Of a DNA stretch of 64,000 nt, positions 1 to 9,830 are shown piece after piece. Under the pieces are notes generated by a model. That model had not been told where the DNA came from and made no database searches. It saw nothing but the letters and a program-made list of their open reading frames with translations. This stretch comes from Desulfobacterales bacterium (GTDB taxonomy: Bacteria > Desulfobacterota > Desulfobacteria > Desulfobacterales > SURF-7): assembly GCA_018693105.1 (NCBI GenBank), contig JABHLN010000005.1, positions 2,735 through 66,734 of the forward strand. The letters run 5' to 3'. The translations under genes and the position numbers were made by a program. Each line of letters starts with the position of its first letter. The stretch's first letter is position 1.

Positions 1-927
1 AAAGGTAATGCCTGGGGAACCAGCTTTGCAGATCAAGAAACTGATCGTGACAGAATTCTCTATGCTGTTCCATTGGATAATTTGATACTTGCTTTTGTTT
101 ATGAAAAAATGACAGAAACTGATGCTGGTACTACTGTAAATGATGCGGACTTTGACAGGTTCTATCTTACCGCTACATATAAAGCAGAAAACTATACAGC
201 CGGTCTTCTCACAGCTTTTCTCCGTATTAATGACCAGCCAATAACTTCGACTATATTGATGGCAGGACCTGTGGATATAGACTTATATGAAATCGCCCCC
301 TATATCATAGGCAAGTTTGGTCCAATAAGTATTGAAGCTGAGCTTTTGTATGGTTTTGGTACAGCGCAGAGAGACGGGGCAGCAGATTCTGATGTCAAGA
401 TGTGGGGGTTTTATGGTGAAGGCGGGTACGATTTCGGTCCATTTGGTCTTCAGGCAGGTGTTGCTTTAGGAAGCGGTGACAATGATGGATTTGGGCCGGG
501 AAGCGATATTGAATCAGCTCTTCTGCTTCAGGATAGTGGTGACTGGGACAAACTTTTTCTCCTTTCAGATAAAGATGGTGGAGTTCTGGGAGGTTTTAAT
601 CATCATATTATGCTAGGGCCTAACACTGGTAATTTTCAGGTTCTGTTCGCTCAAATTGCCGGTTTTGAGATTTTTTATCTGAGCGGTTACTTTGCTGCAA
701 CTGACAATATTACCATAGAGGGAATTATTGCCCAGGTAAATCTTATGGATCCAATGGCCGCAATGAATGATGACTTTGGAATGGAGTATGATATTTCTTT
801 GACATGGAATATTTATAAGAATCTCAAATATAAAGCCGTTGTAGCTGTATTTGAACCGGGTGATTACTTCGGAGCAACAGCTGATAGTAACACAACCTTT
901 TTTAATGAACTTGAACTCAGCTTCTAA
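1..927 (+). CDS. Outer-membrane beta-barrel (porin-like) protein, C-terminal part; 5' end lies outside the window
   Basis: Frame 1 is open from nt 1 into the listed ORF 73..927. The sequence is Gly/Asp/aromatic-rich and ends ...NELELSF; a terminal Phe is typical of OM barrels. The tail FEPGDYFG parallels IDPGDAFG of the 25139..26413 protein. A terminator follows. Confidence 0.6.
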   Translation, partial: KGNAWGTSFADQETDRDRILYAVPLDNLILAFVYEKMTETDAGTTVNDADFDRFYLTATYKAENYTAGLLTAFLRINDQPITSTILMAGPVDIDLYEIAPYIIGKFGPISIEAELLYGFGTAQRDGAADSDVKMWGFYGEGGYDFGPFGLQAGVALGSGDNDGFGPGSDIESALLLQDSGDWDKLFLLSDKDGGVLGGFNHHIMLGPNTGNFQVLFAQIAGFEIFYLSGYFAATDNITIEGIIAQVNLMDPMAAMNDDFGMEYDISLTWNIYKNLKYKAVVAVFEPGDYFGATADSNTTFFNELELSF

Positions 928-963
928 TTTAGCACTAACTGTTTAATTAACAGTTGAAAATTT

Positions 964-998
964 AAAGCCCCGGGCCTTAACGGTTCGGGGCTTTTTTT
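964..998 (+). terminator. Rho-independent terminator
   Basis: AAAGCCCCG (964..972) pairs perfectly with CGGGGCTTT (986..994), followed by a T-run to 998, 37 nt after the stop codon. Confidence 0.7.
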
Positions 999-1109
999 AT
1001 AGTTTCAAAAGACTCTTTTCTATAAAAAACTGGATACTTAACACATTTTTCAACTGCATGGGGTTAACCAATCAAACCAATGAAACTAATAAAACTAATT
1101 AAACCGGTT

Positions 1110-2780
1110 CTATGTAAGAATATTCGACAGTCGTTTTATACCGAACCTCATTGGCAGTATTATTGCGAGAATGCTTATAATCATAGCGACAAGGAAAGAT
1201 CCTGTTGTCCATAACCAGTCATAAGTTGTAAGTGGTCTGTTATAAAAATCGGCCATGAATATATTATAGACCGGCCCGGACTCAAGAATTATTACAGCGC
1301 CGATAAATACCGCACATAACACCATGAATAGAAAACCGCCAAAGCTTGTAACTGTCTGGACAGGGTTTTCAGCTTTAAAATCAGGATATGCCGCTCCCAG
1401 ACCGATACCCATGGAGACTACTCCCGGAACAATAAACAGAATAGTCACAATTGACAAGACCATCATGAAAGTCGAAACATTAAGAAGTATGTTTGTTGAT
1501 ATGATAAGTACTTCAGTTAATATAAGCAGCGGTATAAAATAGATAGTAAATTTAATCCATAAAAAAGCTTTTTTTGATACCGGTGAAGATTTTATCAGCC
1601 AGAAAGCCTCTCTTTCAATACTTACAGACGGATATGCAAAGCGGGCGGAAATTGCTGTGAGAACAAATGAGGCAAGGCCTATGTTTAGAAAGGAAAGGAT
1701 ATTCTGAAGATAAACTGTTTTTATAGGTGCTTTATCAAGCGGCAGAACTGAGAAATTGTATATATAGATCAGGATAAGAGCTCCAAGTAGAAAAATCTGG
1801 GACCATTGGGTCTGATCACGGAAAAATGTTTTTATTTCTTTTATTACAATAGCCCTGATGGGTCTGTCCAGAAAACCGAAAAGCCTGCTATTGAACTCTT
1901 TATATCTGATAAATCGTAAATTAGCTGTATCCGCTTTTGAAAGCCCTTTAAAGTATATTGCATCTGCAAGAAGAAGACTCAGGAATACAAGACTCCCCGC
2001 ACAGGAAAAAGAAAGTGCAAGATGAAAAAGACCCTCAATGTTTGAACCTGTTAAAAATAGCTGCATGCAGTCAAACGTCCATGTGCTTGGAAGAAATGGA
2101 GATGCAGGGGTCCTAAGGGATTTTATATAGACAAGTGTGGTTGCAAATACTTCCGGATCAACCAGCCGTTCCGGTCTTAAGATTCTAAGGGCGATAAAAA
2201 GAACCATAAAAAGAGATATTCCCAGAAATATAAATATGTTTTTCAGCCGGTTGGCAGGTATGGCGTTTACTGCAAGAAGTACAAGTATTGCACTTATGCT
2301 TGAAGCAATAGATGTAAGAAAGATAATAGACAAGCATGAAGAAATATAAAACATTGGACCTGTTTTAAAGATGATACCATATGAAATAAATACCGGCAGT
2401 GTATATATGATGACCATCCAGGCACTGTCTATTGTACTTTCTATCCATCGTGTAAAATATATTTTATAGCTTGAAACCGGCATGGAAGATAACAGGGACA
2501 GATCCCTTGAAAGAAATAGTTTGGAAAGGGCTGTAATAATACTGCTGAAAAGCATTAATGAAAACAGCGTAATAAGAATCATTGAAAGCAGCTTGAATGC
2601 AAGCATATCTCCAAGTTGTTCTATGGATTTAAAATAACTTAGTACTTTCAATGAGATTGCGAAAATACCGGCCCACAAAAGTAAACCGAAAAAGGTCAGG
2701 AAGCAGAACTTTCCGAGGCTGTCTTTTGTGTTCTTAACTGAAAGTATTCTTGGCTTTAGCAGGGTTATAAGATTTTTCAT
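1110..2780 (-). CDS. Polytopic membrane protein, putative permease partner of the adjacent ABC ATPase
   Basis: 556 aa, almost entirely hydrophobic helices. It starts 1 nt after the end of the ABC ATPase gene on the same strand. Confidence 0.6.
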   Translation of the reverse strand: MKNLITLLKPRILSVKNTKDSLGKFCFLTFFGLLLWAGIFAISLKVLSYFKSIEQLGDMLAFKLLSMILITLFSLMLFSSIITALSKLFLSRDLSLLSSMPVSSYKIYFTRWIESTIDSAWMVIIYTLPVFISYGIIFKTGPMFYISSCLSIIFLTSIASSISAILVLLAVNAIPANRLKNIFIFLGISLFMVLFIALRILRPERLVDPEVFATTLVYIKSLRTPASPFLPSTWTFDCMQLFLTGSNIEGLFHLALSFSCAGSLVFLSLLLADAIYFKGLSKADTANLRFIRYKEFNSRLFGFLDRPIRAIVIKEIKTFFRDQTQWSQIFLLGALILIYIYNFSVLPLDKAPIKTVYLQNILSFLNIGLASFVLTAISARFAYPSVSIEREAFWLIKSSPVSKKAFLWIKFTIYFIPLLILTEVLIISTNILLNVSTFMMVLSIVTILFIVPGVVSMGIGLGAAYPDFKAENPVQTVTSFGGFLFMVLCAVFIGAVIILESGPVYNIFMADFYNRPLTTYDWLWTTGSFLVAMIISILAIILPMRFGIKRLSNILT

Positions 2781-2781
2781 T

Positions 2782-3501
2782 TTACCTTGTAATTGTTAAA
2801 AAGGCTTCTTCCAGATCTGCCTTTTCAGTATTTGTTTTCTGTTTCAACTCATCAATTGTTCCAACTGCTATAAGATTTCCTTTGTTTATTATACCTACCC
2901 GATGGCATACATCTTCAGCTATTTTTAAAGTATGAGTTGACATAAAGATCGATACACCCTGTTTTGCCAGGTTTATAAAAAGATCTTTCACCATCTTTAT
3001 GCCTTCAGGGTCCAGCCCTACGAGGGGTTCATCGACAATGATCAGTTCCGGGTTGTGAAGCAATGCCGCAGCAAATATGAGTCTTTGCTTCATACCATGA
3101 GAATAGGATTCGATCAGCTCTCCAGCCCAATCTGAAAGTGAGAACATGGCGAGTTTTTCTTCTGCGTTTTTATAAAAAGAGTTTCCGTCAACAGAGTACA
3201 GGTCATTGATAAACTTCAAAAACTCCATTCCGGTTAGCTTTTCATAAAGATAAGGCCTGTCTGGTATAAAGCCTATTTTCATTTTTGCCTTTTCGGGCTT
3301 TTCCTCCATGTTAATATCGCAGATATGAATAGAACCTGAAGTTGGAGAAATTATTCCACCCATCATTTTTATTGTAGTTGTCTTTCCGGCACCGTTCGGG
3401 CCAATAAAGCCAAATATTTCTCCCCTGGGAACGAATAGGTTCAGATTTTCCACGGCTGTGAAATCACCATATTTTCTGGATAAATTTTTCAGTTCAATCA
3501 T
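2782..3501 (-). CDS. ABC transporter ATP-binding protein
   Basis: Walker A GPNGAGKTTT, Walker B IIVDEP, atypical signature YSHGMKQRL. It overlaps the upstream gene by 4 nt. Confidence 0.9.
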   Translation of the reverse strand: MIELKNLSRKYGDFTAVENLNLFVPRGEIFGFIGPNGAGKTTTIKMMGGIISPTSGSIHICDINMEEKPEKAKMKIGFIPDRPYLYEKLTGMEFLKFINDLYSVDGNSFYKNAEEKLAMFSLSDWAGELIESYSHGMKQRLIFAAALLHNPELIIVDEPLVGLDPEGIKMVKDLFINLAKQGVSIFMSTHTLKIAEDVCHRVGIINKGNLIAVGTIDELKQKTNTEKADLEEAFLTITR

Positions 3502-4970
3502 TGTTTTTTTATAACCTCAATTTTTACCCTGTCGATAACACTTATAAGGTCAAGCTGGGTTTCCTGTGAACCACTTGTAAACCTTATATGTGCCACATCT
3601 GCGGGGAGCTGGCTAAAAGTGGAATCGGCGGTTATCCAGCGACCAAGATAAAGAAGATTCCATGCGTGATAGTAGAATCGGCCGTTAAGGTATGCAAGCC
3701 CTGACTCAACCTTTGCAGGTATTCCGGCAGCCCTTGCAAATGAGGCCAGGAGAACGGCATGCTCATTACAGTCTCCGATGCGGTTTTTAAAAGTTGAAAG
3801 TGCATCGGGGACGGAAAGAACAGGTCGCTTTTTAATATTTCGTCTTATCCATGAAACAAGTTTTTTAGATTTTTCAAGTGGGGAATCATTTTTATTGATT
3901 ATCGATTTTACCGTATTAACTATTTCAGGATGATCTGACTGGATAAAAGGAGTCGGTTTGAGAAACTCAATTGCGTCAGGCGTGATTTCAAAAGTTTCCG
4001 GAAGATCGTCAATATCTTCTTTCCTTATGGTAAGGTGGTCGCCATTAAGGAGCTGCCTTAAACCCTGGAGGTTGAGAGTGCTTTTATCAACTCCGGTGAT
4101 TTTAAACTCAAGCATGTTGAGACTTGATGGATCGTTAAGCAAAATGTTTGAGGGGATTGAGGCCATTTTTGTTATGTCTTCAACCGGTTTCTTTGAAATA
4201 CCGGAAAGAGCACCGCTGTGATTTGTTTTTTCAAGGGTTATCCCGAGAAGGCCGCTTTCTTTTAATAATTCGCCGTTTACATCTATCCAGGCAAATTGTT
4301 CAGCCCCCTTGAAGTTAAGCGATATCTTTGTTGCTTCATGCATTTCGCCCAGGATTTTTATTTCTTCTTTTTTTAGAACCTTTACTTTTAAAGTTTCCTG
4401 GCCCATGGTTGCGGGATCAAAGACAAAAAAGGAACGGGTATCCCCGGGGCCGAGGCCTTCATTCCGTATGGCAGGTAAAACTCCAGATGTAAGATAAGGC
4501 TTTTTCTTTAGTTGAAAACTGAATTTTTTTCTAAAGTGTTTTCTTCTGGTATGTATTGTAAGAAGATTACTTTTTACTTTTCCGTCTACTGTAAATTTAA
4601 AAAGGCCTGAATTAATAGAAAAAGTGAACAAGGAAAGTGAAAGATCATTATTCAGAAGAGCGTTTGTAGCAATGCTGAGATTTTGAATCATGCCCATTGT
4701 ATTTATTCGCATGAAGATTGTTTCTTTAAGCCTGTAACCGGTATCGGTTTTTAAAAACTCGGTATAGGAGTATCCGATTTTTTCATTGTTCTGAAGGATA
4801 TTCATCCAGTATTTTTTGTTTGAAAGGGCATTTTCAGGTGAAACGGTTTGAATATTTGTATCTGTATTGAATTTAGTAAATAAATCAATACGTACCGATA
4901 GTAGTGCAATAAAAGACAAACAAAATATTAAGCCTGCTATTCTGAAGGGTGTGTTTTTGTATAGTTTCAT
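3498..4970 (-). CDS. Membrane-anchored transglutaminase-like (Cys-His-Asp core) protein
   Basis: N-terminal TM helix. C-terminal core GDCNEHAVLLASFARAAGIPAKV...YYHAWN...ADS is typical of transglutaminase-like cysteine proteases. Confidence 0.8.
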   Translation of the reverse strand: MKLYKNTPFRIAGLIFCLSFIALLSVRIDLFTKFNTDTNIQTVSPENALSNKKYWMNILQNNEKIGYSYTEFLKTDTGYRLKETIFMRINTMGMIQNLSIATNALLNNDLSLSLFTFSINSGLFKFTVDGKVKSNLLTIHTRRKHFRKKFSFQLKKKPYLTSGVLPAIRNEGLGPGDTRSFFVFDPATMGQETLKVKVLKKEEIKILGEMHEATKISLNFKGAEQFAWIDVNGELLKESGLLGITLEKTNHSGALSGISKKPVEDITKMASIPSNILLNDPSSLNMLEFKITGVDKSTLNLQGLRQLLNGDHLTIRKEDIDDLPETFEITPDAIEFLKPTPFIQSDHPEIVNTVKSIINKNDSPLEKSKKLVSWIRRNIKKRPVLSVPDALSTFKNRIGDCNEHAVLLASFARAAGIPAKVESGLAYLNGRFYYHAWNLLYLGRWITADSTFSQLPADVAHIRFTSGSQETQLDLISVIDRVKIEVIKKQ

Positions 4971-5050
4971 TATTTATTTAGCCATTTGGTTATACATTTG
5001 CTGCAGCACAAGATTATCCATTATAGTAAAATTCCACCAAATGATGCCGT

Positions 5051-6943
5051 TCAAACTATTCTGTTAAAATCCTTTTCAAGATCTTTTAATGAAAGCTTTA
5101 TCCATGTTGGGCGGCCGTGTGGGCAGTACGATGGGTTTTCACATTCATCAAGCTGTTCGAGAAGACCTTGAATCTGTTTGTCAGAAAGTACCTGGTGTGC
5201 CCTTATGGCACCATGGCAGGCCATGAGAATAAGGCATTCTTCTATTGTTTTTTCAAAACCCGGGGAAAATCCGTCTTCTTCGGTTTTTTCAACAATTTCA
5301 ATAACAAGGGGTTTTACTTCCCTGTTACCAAGCAGGACCGGTATAGATTTAACAGCAAAGGTATTTCCGCCAAAAGGTTCGATTTCGATTCCAAGCGTGT
5401 TAAGATCAGGAAGCATTTTTTCAAGTATCGGGACCTGGGTGAAACCAACATCAAATGTTTCGGGAATAAGCAGCTTTTGTATTCGGTTTTTTGATGATGA
5501 TTTTTGTTTAAGCTGCTCAAAAAGAATTCTTTCATGGGCTGCATGCTGGTCAATAATGACAAGACCTTCTTTAGATTCGCAAAGTATATATGTGCCGTGA
5601 ATCTGTCCGATTAATCTTAAGCTTTTAAAATGGCTCGTTTCCCATATTGGAGCCTGTTTTGAATGTGTTTCTTGTTTTGAAGTAATTTTTTTATTAATAG
5701 TTACCGGAGCAGGGGCAGGTTTTTCATACCGGGTGACAGTCTCAAAAAAGCCGGTGTTTTTTTCAAAACTATTATAAGATGCGGTTTTCGTTTTTTCGTG
5801 AAAATCGGTTTTTATGAATTGTTTTTGGGAGTCGGAATTGAAAATGTCTTTTTCTGTATCAGAGGAAAATAAGGATTCGATATTTTCTGTTTCCTTGATA
5901 TCAGTTTTCCTGTTAACCGGTTCCCCGGGAGCATTCCATTTTGGCTTTTCTACTTTTTGCCATATATCTGATACGGCAGAGCTTATAGTTTCCAGAACCA
6001 TATTCTGTTTTGAAAAACGAATTTCATGCTTTGTCGGGTGAACATTAACATCAATTTCACTTGGGGCAATATTAATAAAGAGAACCGAAACAGGGTAGTT
6101 GTTCTTCATCAACCTTCCCCGGTAGCCTTCAAACAAGGCCCGCTGTATCCCACGGTCCCTGATAAACCTTCCGTTTACAAATATATAGATACCTTTGGGT
6201 GATGAACGGTTTATTCGTGGAGATGATGTCCATCCGGAAACTGCGATTTGATTGTCTTCAAATTCTATCCTGTGGAGATTATCACGAAGATCATTACCCA
6301 GCACTAGCACTTCAGCAATCCTGTTTAGTGGCTGAGATACGGGTGTCCAGTTTTTTATCGTTTTGTTATTATGTGTAATTTGAAAGTGAATATCAGGCCG
6401 GCTGAGTGCCATTGACGCTACTGCTTCCGTAATATGCCCCATTTCAGTATTTACAGTTTTAAGGAATTTTCTTCTGGCTGGTATATTATAGAAGAGATTT
6501 TTTACCGTAATCATTGTACCTGCAGGTGCTCCGGCTTCAGAGACCTTGTTAATTTTTCCACCGTCAACAATGATCTCTGTACCTGAATCGGAAGCCCTGT
6601 CTTTTGTAATCATTGAAAAGTTTGAAACAGCGGCAATACTGGGCAAAGCTTCGCCTCTAAACCCGAGTGTACTGATGGAAAAAAGATCAGAGTCGGTATG
6701 TATTTTACTTGTGGCAAACCGTTCCAGAGCTAAGAGTGCATCATCATGTCTCATTCCCATACCGTTGTCGGATACTCTAATAAGGGATCGTCCGCCCTGT
6801 TCAACATCTATCATTATTCTTGAACTTTCAGCATCAATAGAGTTTTCAACAAGCTCTTTGACAACAGCGGATGGACGTTCAACAACCTCGCCAGCTGCTA
6901 TTTTATTGGAAAGGATATCAGGTAGTATTCTTATATTGGCCAC
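5051..6943 (-). CDS. mutL: DNA mismatch repair protein MutL (endonuclease-type)
   Basis: N-terminal GHKL ATPase motifs (ELVENSIDA, DNGMGM, GFRGEAL). C-terminal DQHAAHERILFE endonuclease motif and CPHGRP. Confidence 0.95.
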   Translation of the reverse strand: MANIRILPDILSNKIAAGEVVERPSAVVKELVENSIDAESSRIMIDVEQGGRSLIRVSDNGMGMRHDDALLALERFATSKIHTDSDLFSISTLGFRGEALPSIAAVSNFSMITKDRASDSGTEIIVDGGKINKVSEAGAPAGTMITVKNLFYNIPARRKFLKTVNTEMGHITEAVASMALSRPDIHFQITHNNKTIKNWTPVSQPLNRIAEVLVLGNDLRDNLHRIEFEDNQIAVSGWTSSPRINRSSPKGIYIFVNGRFIRDRGIQRALFEGYRGRLMKNNYPVSVLFINIAPSEIDVNVHPTKHEIRFSKQNMVLETISSAVSDIWQKVEKPKWNAPGEPVNRKTDIKETENIESLFSSDTEKDIFNSDSQKQFIKTDFHEKTKTASYNSFEKNTGFFETVTRYEKPAPAPVTINKKITSKQETHSKQAPIWETSHFKSLRLIGQIHGTYILCESKEGLVIIDQHAAHERILFEQLKQKSSSKNRIQKLLIPETFDVGFTQVPILEKMLPDLNTLGIEIEPFGGNTFAVKSIPVLLGNREVKPLVIEIVEKTEEDGFSPGFEKTIEECLILMACHGAIRAHQVLSDKQIQGLLEQLDECENPSYCPHGRPTWIKLSLKDLEKDFNRIV

Positions 6944-7029
6944 GATTAATTCCAGTTGTTGATTTTAAGCTTAACCAAATATATTTATTGCTTTATCTTG
7001 ATCATTGTCTTTATCTGGTTTAATTCTTA

Positions 7030-7203
7030 TTACTGGTTTTTTACAAAACGTGTTAAAAAATCAGTATCATTCGGCGGCAGGTCAAATCTGATACCGGCTT
7101 CATTTATCAGTTTTTCCAGTTTAATATCCGGATTTTTATCCCGTTCTTCAGAAATCCATTTAATTGCTTTTCTTAAATCATCACCTTCCGGCATAATACT
7201 CAT
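7030..7203 (-). CDS. Small hypothetical protein (57 aa), below the ORF-track cutoff
   Basis: My translation: ATG at 7203, MSIMPEGDDLRKAIKWISEERDKNPDIKLEKLINEAGIRFDLPPNDTDFLTRFVKNQ, stop at 7030..7032. The composition is charged and non-repetitive. It sits between gatA and mutL on their strand. Confidence 0.35.
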   Translation of the reverse strand: MSIMPEGDDLRKAIKWISEERDKNPDIKLEKLINEAGIRFDLPPNDTDFLTRFVKNQ

Positions 7204-7251
7204 TTTTCAAGTCCTTTCTCGATCTTATGATTAAAAGCCTTAATATATTAT

Positions 7252-7348
7252 TAGAACCTGTTTCACAAATATATATTGTCCCATGCTGTGCCTTCTCATC
7301 GGCAGATACCCTGCTCTCGAACCCGATCTGGTTTTTTAGATTAGGTCC
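7252..7348. repeat. Family-B palindromic repeat, short copy
   Basis: TAGAACCTGTTTCACAAA...CTCGAACCCGATCTGGTTTTTTAGATTAGGTCC aligns by eye with 42806..42947. The ends are inverted relative to each other. Confidence 0.4.
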
Positions 7349-7353
7349 ATAAC

Positions 7354-8814
7354 CTATATGTTGGGTTTCTTTTTATGGAAATCAGTAGCCTGTTCAAAGT
7401 TATAAGCAACCTTTAGTATTGTTTCTTCGTTAAAATGTCCACCTGTTAACTGGAGACCGACAGGAAGACCTTCGTTAGAGAAACCGCAGGGAAGAGAGAT
7501 ACCGGGAATTCCTGCAAGATTTGCCGAAAGAGTAAAAATATCAGCGAGATACATGGCAAGAGGATCTTCAGCATTCTCTCCTATTTCAGGAGCAGGTGCA
7601 GGTGCAACAGGTGAAAGAATCACATCACATTCTTCAAAAGCCTTTGAGTAATCTTCAATAATTAAGGTGCGTACCTGAGAAGCCTTTCCGTAGTAAGCGT
7701 CATAATAACCGGCTGAAAGAGCATATGTTCCTATTGTAATCCGTCTCTGTACTTCAGGACCAAACCCGGCTTTCCGTGTGTTTTTGAACATTTCAATTAG
7801 GTTATTTTGGTTTTTGTCCCTTAAGCCGTATTTTACACCATCATAACGGGCAAGGTTTGAACTGGCCTCAGATGTAGCAATTACATAATAGGCTGCCACA
7901 GCATATTTTGAATGGGGTAGAGATATATCAACACATTTTGCACCAAGCCCTTCCATTTTTTTTACAGCATTTTTAACAGCCATGGAGACATCCGGGTGAA
8001 CCCCTTCATCAAGATCAAATTCCCTTGGTACTCCTATGGTAAGGCCTTCAATGCCTGTCTCAAGTGCTGATAAATAATCGGGGACATCTTTCGGGACAGA
8101 TGTTGAATCCTTAGGATCATACCCTGAGATTGTATTCATTATAAGGGCACAGTCAGAAACATTTTTCGTCAAGGGGCCTATCTGGTCCAGTGAAGAGGCA
8201 AAAGCCACGAGGCCAAAGCGGGAAACACGGCCGTAGGTAGGTTTCATTCCTACTATACCACAATGAGATGCCGGTTGACGGATGGAGCCTCCGGTATCAG
8301 AGCCAAGAGACCCAAGGCACATGTCCGCTGCAACTGATGCTGCGGATCCTCCGCTTGAACCCCCGGGGACCCGTGTAACATCCCATGGGTTGCATGTGGT
8401 TTTAAGGCCTGAGTTTTCAGTAGATGATCCCATGCCGAATTCATCCATATTTACTTTTCCGGTTATGACAGCCCCTGCCTTTTTTAGTTTTGTGATAACA
8501 GTTGCATCATATGGAGGGGTGAAGTTTTCCAGGATTTTTGAAGCACAGGTTGTGCGAACACCTTTAGTACATATTAGATCCTTTATGGACAAAGGAATTC
8601 CTGTAAGAGGTGTAATCTCTCCTTTTGAAATACACTTATCCGCATTTTCTGCGTCTAAGAGAGCTTCTTTTTTTACAACTGTTATATATGCGCCTGTTTT
8701 TTCGTCAACTTCTTCAATGCGATCAAGTACTGCACCGGTTAATTCCTTTGAGGATATTTCTTTTTTCTTAAGAAGGTTGTGAGCGTCCTGGATTGTCAGT
8801 TCATGCAGTTTCAT
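7354..8814 (-). CDS. gatA: Glutamyl-tRNA(Gln) amidotransferase subunit A
   Basis: Amidase signature [13 protein letters not shown]. 486 aa, directly downstream of gatC. Confidence 0.95.
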   Translation of the reverse strand: MKLHELTIQDAHNLLKKKEISSKELTGAVLDRIEEVDEKTGAYITVVKKEALLDAENADKCISKGEITPLTGIPLSIKDLICTKGVRTTCASKILENFTPPYDATVITKLKKAGAVITGKVNMDEFGMGSSTENSGLKTTCNPWDVTRVPGGSSGGSAASVAADMCLGSLGSDTGGSIRQPASHCGIVGMKPTYGRVSRFGLVAFASSLDQIGPLTKNVSDCALIMNTISGYDPKDSTSVPKDVPDYLSALETGIEGLTIGVPREFDLDEGVHPDVSMAVKNAVKKMEGLGAKCVDISLPHSKYAVAAYYVIATSEASSNLARYDGVKYGLRDKNQNNLIEMFKNTRKAGFGPEVQRRITIGTYALSAGYYDAYYGKASQVRTLIIEDYSKAFEECDVILSPVAPAPAPEIGENAEDPLAMYLADIFTLSANLAGIPGISLPCGFSNEGLPVGLQLTGGHFNEETILKVAYNFEQATDFHKKKPNI

Positions 8815-8832
8815 TTATTATCACTCCCTTAG

Positions 8833-9120
8833 TTATTCTATCACTTTCGGAACCACAAAAAACCCGTCTTCCTTTTCAGGTGCATTGTATAGTGCATCAT
8901 CTCTGTTAATAGATTCTTTTAATTCATCTTCCCGAAGTGCATTTGTCAATGAAATAGCATGGGAGGTGGGCTTGACACCGGTTGTATCTACGTTGTTAAG
9001 GGTGTCGATATATTCAAGTATTTTACCTATTTGACCGGCAAACTTGTCCAAAGCACCCTCTTCAATGTCTATGCGTGCAAGTTTTACTACATTAATGACC
9101 TCTTTTTTTGAAATTTTCAT
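8833..9120 (-). CDS. gatC: Glutamyl-tRNA(Gln) amidotransferase subunit C
   Basis: ~95 aa, typical GatC sequence (VKLARIDIEE...). I chose the ATG at 9120, preceded by GGAG, over the upstream TTG at 9132. Confidence 0.9.
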   Translation of the reverse strand: MKISKKEVINVVKLARIDIEEGALDKFAGQIGKILEYIDTLNNVDTTGVKPTSHAISLTNALREDELKESINRDDALYNAPEKEDGFFVVPKVIE

Positions 9121-9155
9121 AACTAACTCCAAAATAATTTTAAATCGATATATTT

Positions 9156-9821
9156 CTATATTTCAACTATAATTGGTTTACATTTATCATTTTTCAGTTT
9201 TTTTAACATTTTCAGGGCATCAGCTTTGTCTTTATAACTCCCAACCCTTATCCTGAACCAGATGTTATTTTTATCAAGTTTTCCCACAACCCTGTACGCA
9301 GGATAACCTTCTTTTTTATATTTTGTCACAAGTTGATTTGCTATTTTTAGATCTTTTGATGCTGCAACCTGAATAGTATATTTCTTTTTTGTTTCAACCT
9401 TATCAATATCTGCAGTTGCAGATTGTTTCTCCTGTTCAAAAATAATTTCTTTTTGTTTATATGTTTTGGGTTTTTCAGATTTCTTTTTTATTTTTGAGCC
9501 GGTTTCATTTTTTGTTAATTGCTCCGGTTTATTTTCTGTTTTTTTCAGGGCTTCGTGAAAATCAATGCCTTTCTGCTGTGAAATAGCATCCGCAGCTTTA
9601 TTAATCTCTTTAAGAGATCTTTCATATTGAGCCTTTTTTAATGCGGCAATTTCTTTTTGAATCTCCTTAATATCAAATTGTACCGGAGCCATGCCTCTTC
9701 CAACTAGAATCCCGAGAATAAATATCCAAACGGATATAAAGAAGAGCAGCCCGGCCCATCCGACAACACCTCGAGTTGATAATTGGAGTGCCGGTTCTTT
9801 ATATAGAGATTTTTTTGTCAT
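9156..9821 (-). CDS. SPOR-domain membrane protein
   Basis: One TM helix, a Lys/Glu-rich linker, and a C-terminal SPOR-like fold (YTIQVAASKDLKIANQLVTKYKKEGYPAYRV...WFRIRVGSY). Confidence 0.8.
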   Translation of the reverse strand: MTKKSLYKEPALQLSTRGVVGWAGLLFFISVWIFILGILVGRGMAPVQFDIKEIQKEIAALKKAQYERSLKEINKAADAISQQKGIDFHEALKKTENKPEQLTKNETGSKIKKKSEKPKTYKQKEIIFEQEKQSATADIDKVETKKKYTIQVAASKDLKIANQLVTKYKKEGYPAYRVVGKLDKNNIWFRIRVGSYKDKADALKMLKKLKNDKCKPIIVEI

Positions 9822-9830
9822 GGTTTTAAA

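Noticed and set aside
6956-7234. Listed plus-strand 92-aa ORF.
   Set aside because: It is low-complexity and hydrophobic with an AT-rich codon pattern. The opposite strand carries a more protein-like 57-codon ORF co-oriented with all neighbours.
7300-7340. tRNA-like T-loop (GGGTTCGAG on the minus strand), seen here and at ~32590 and ~42918; considered as tRNA genes or tRNA-derived elements.
   Set aside because: There is no complementary T-stem, acceptor stem or anticodon arm around the motif. The motif is simply the shared core of repeat family B.
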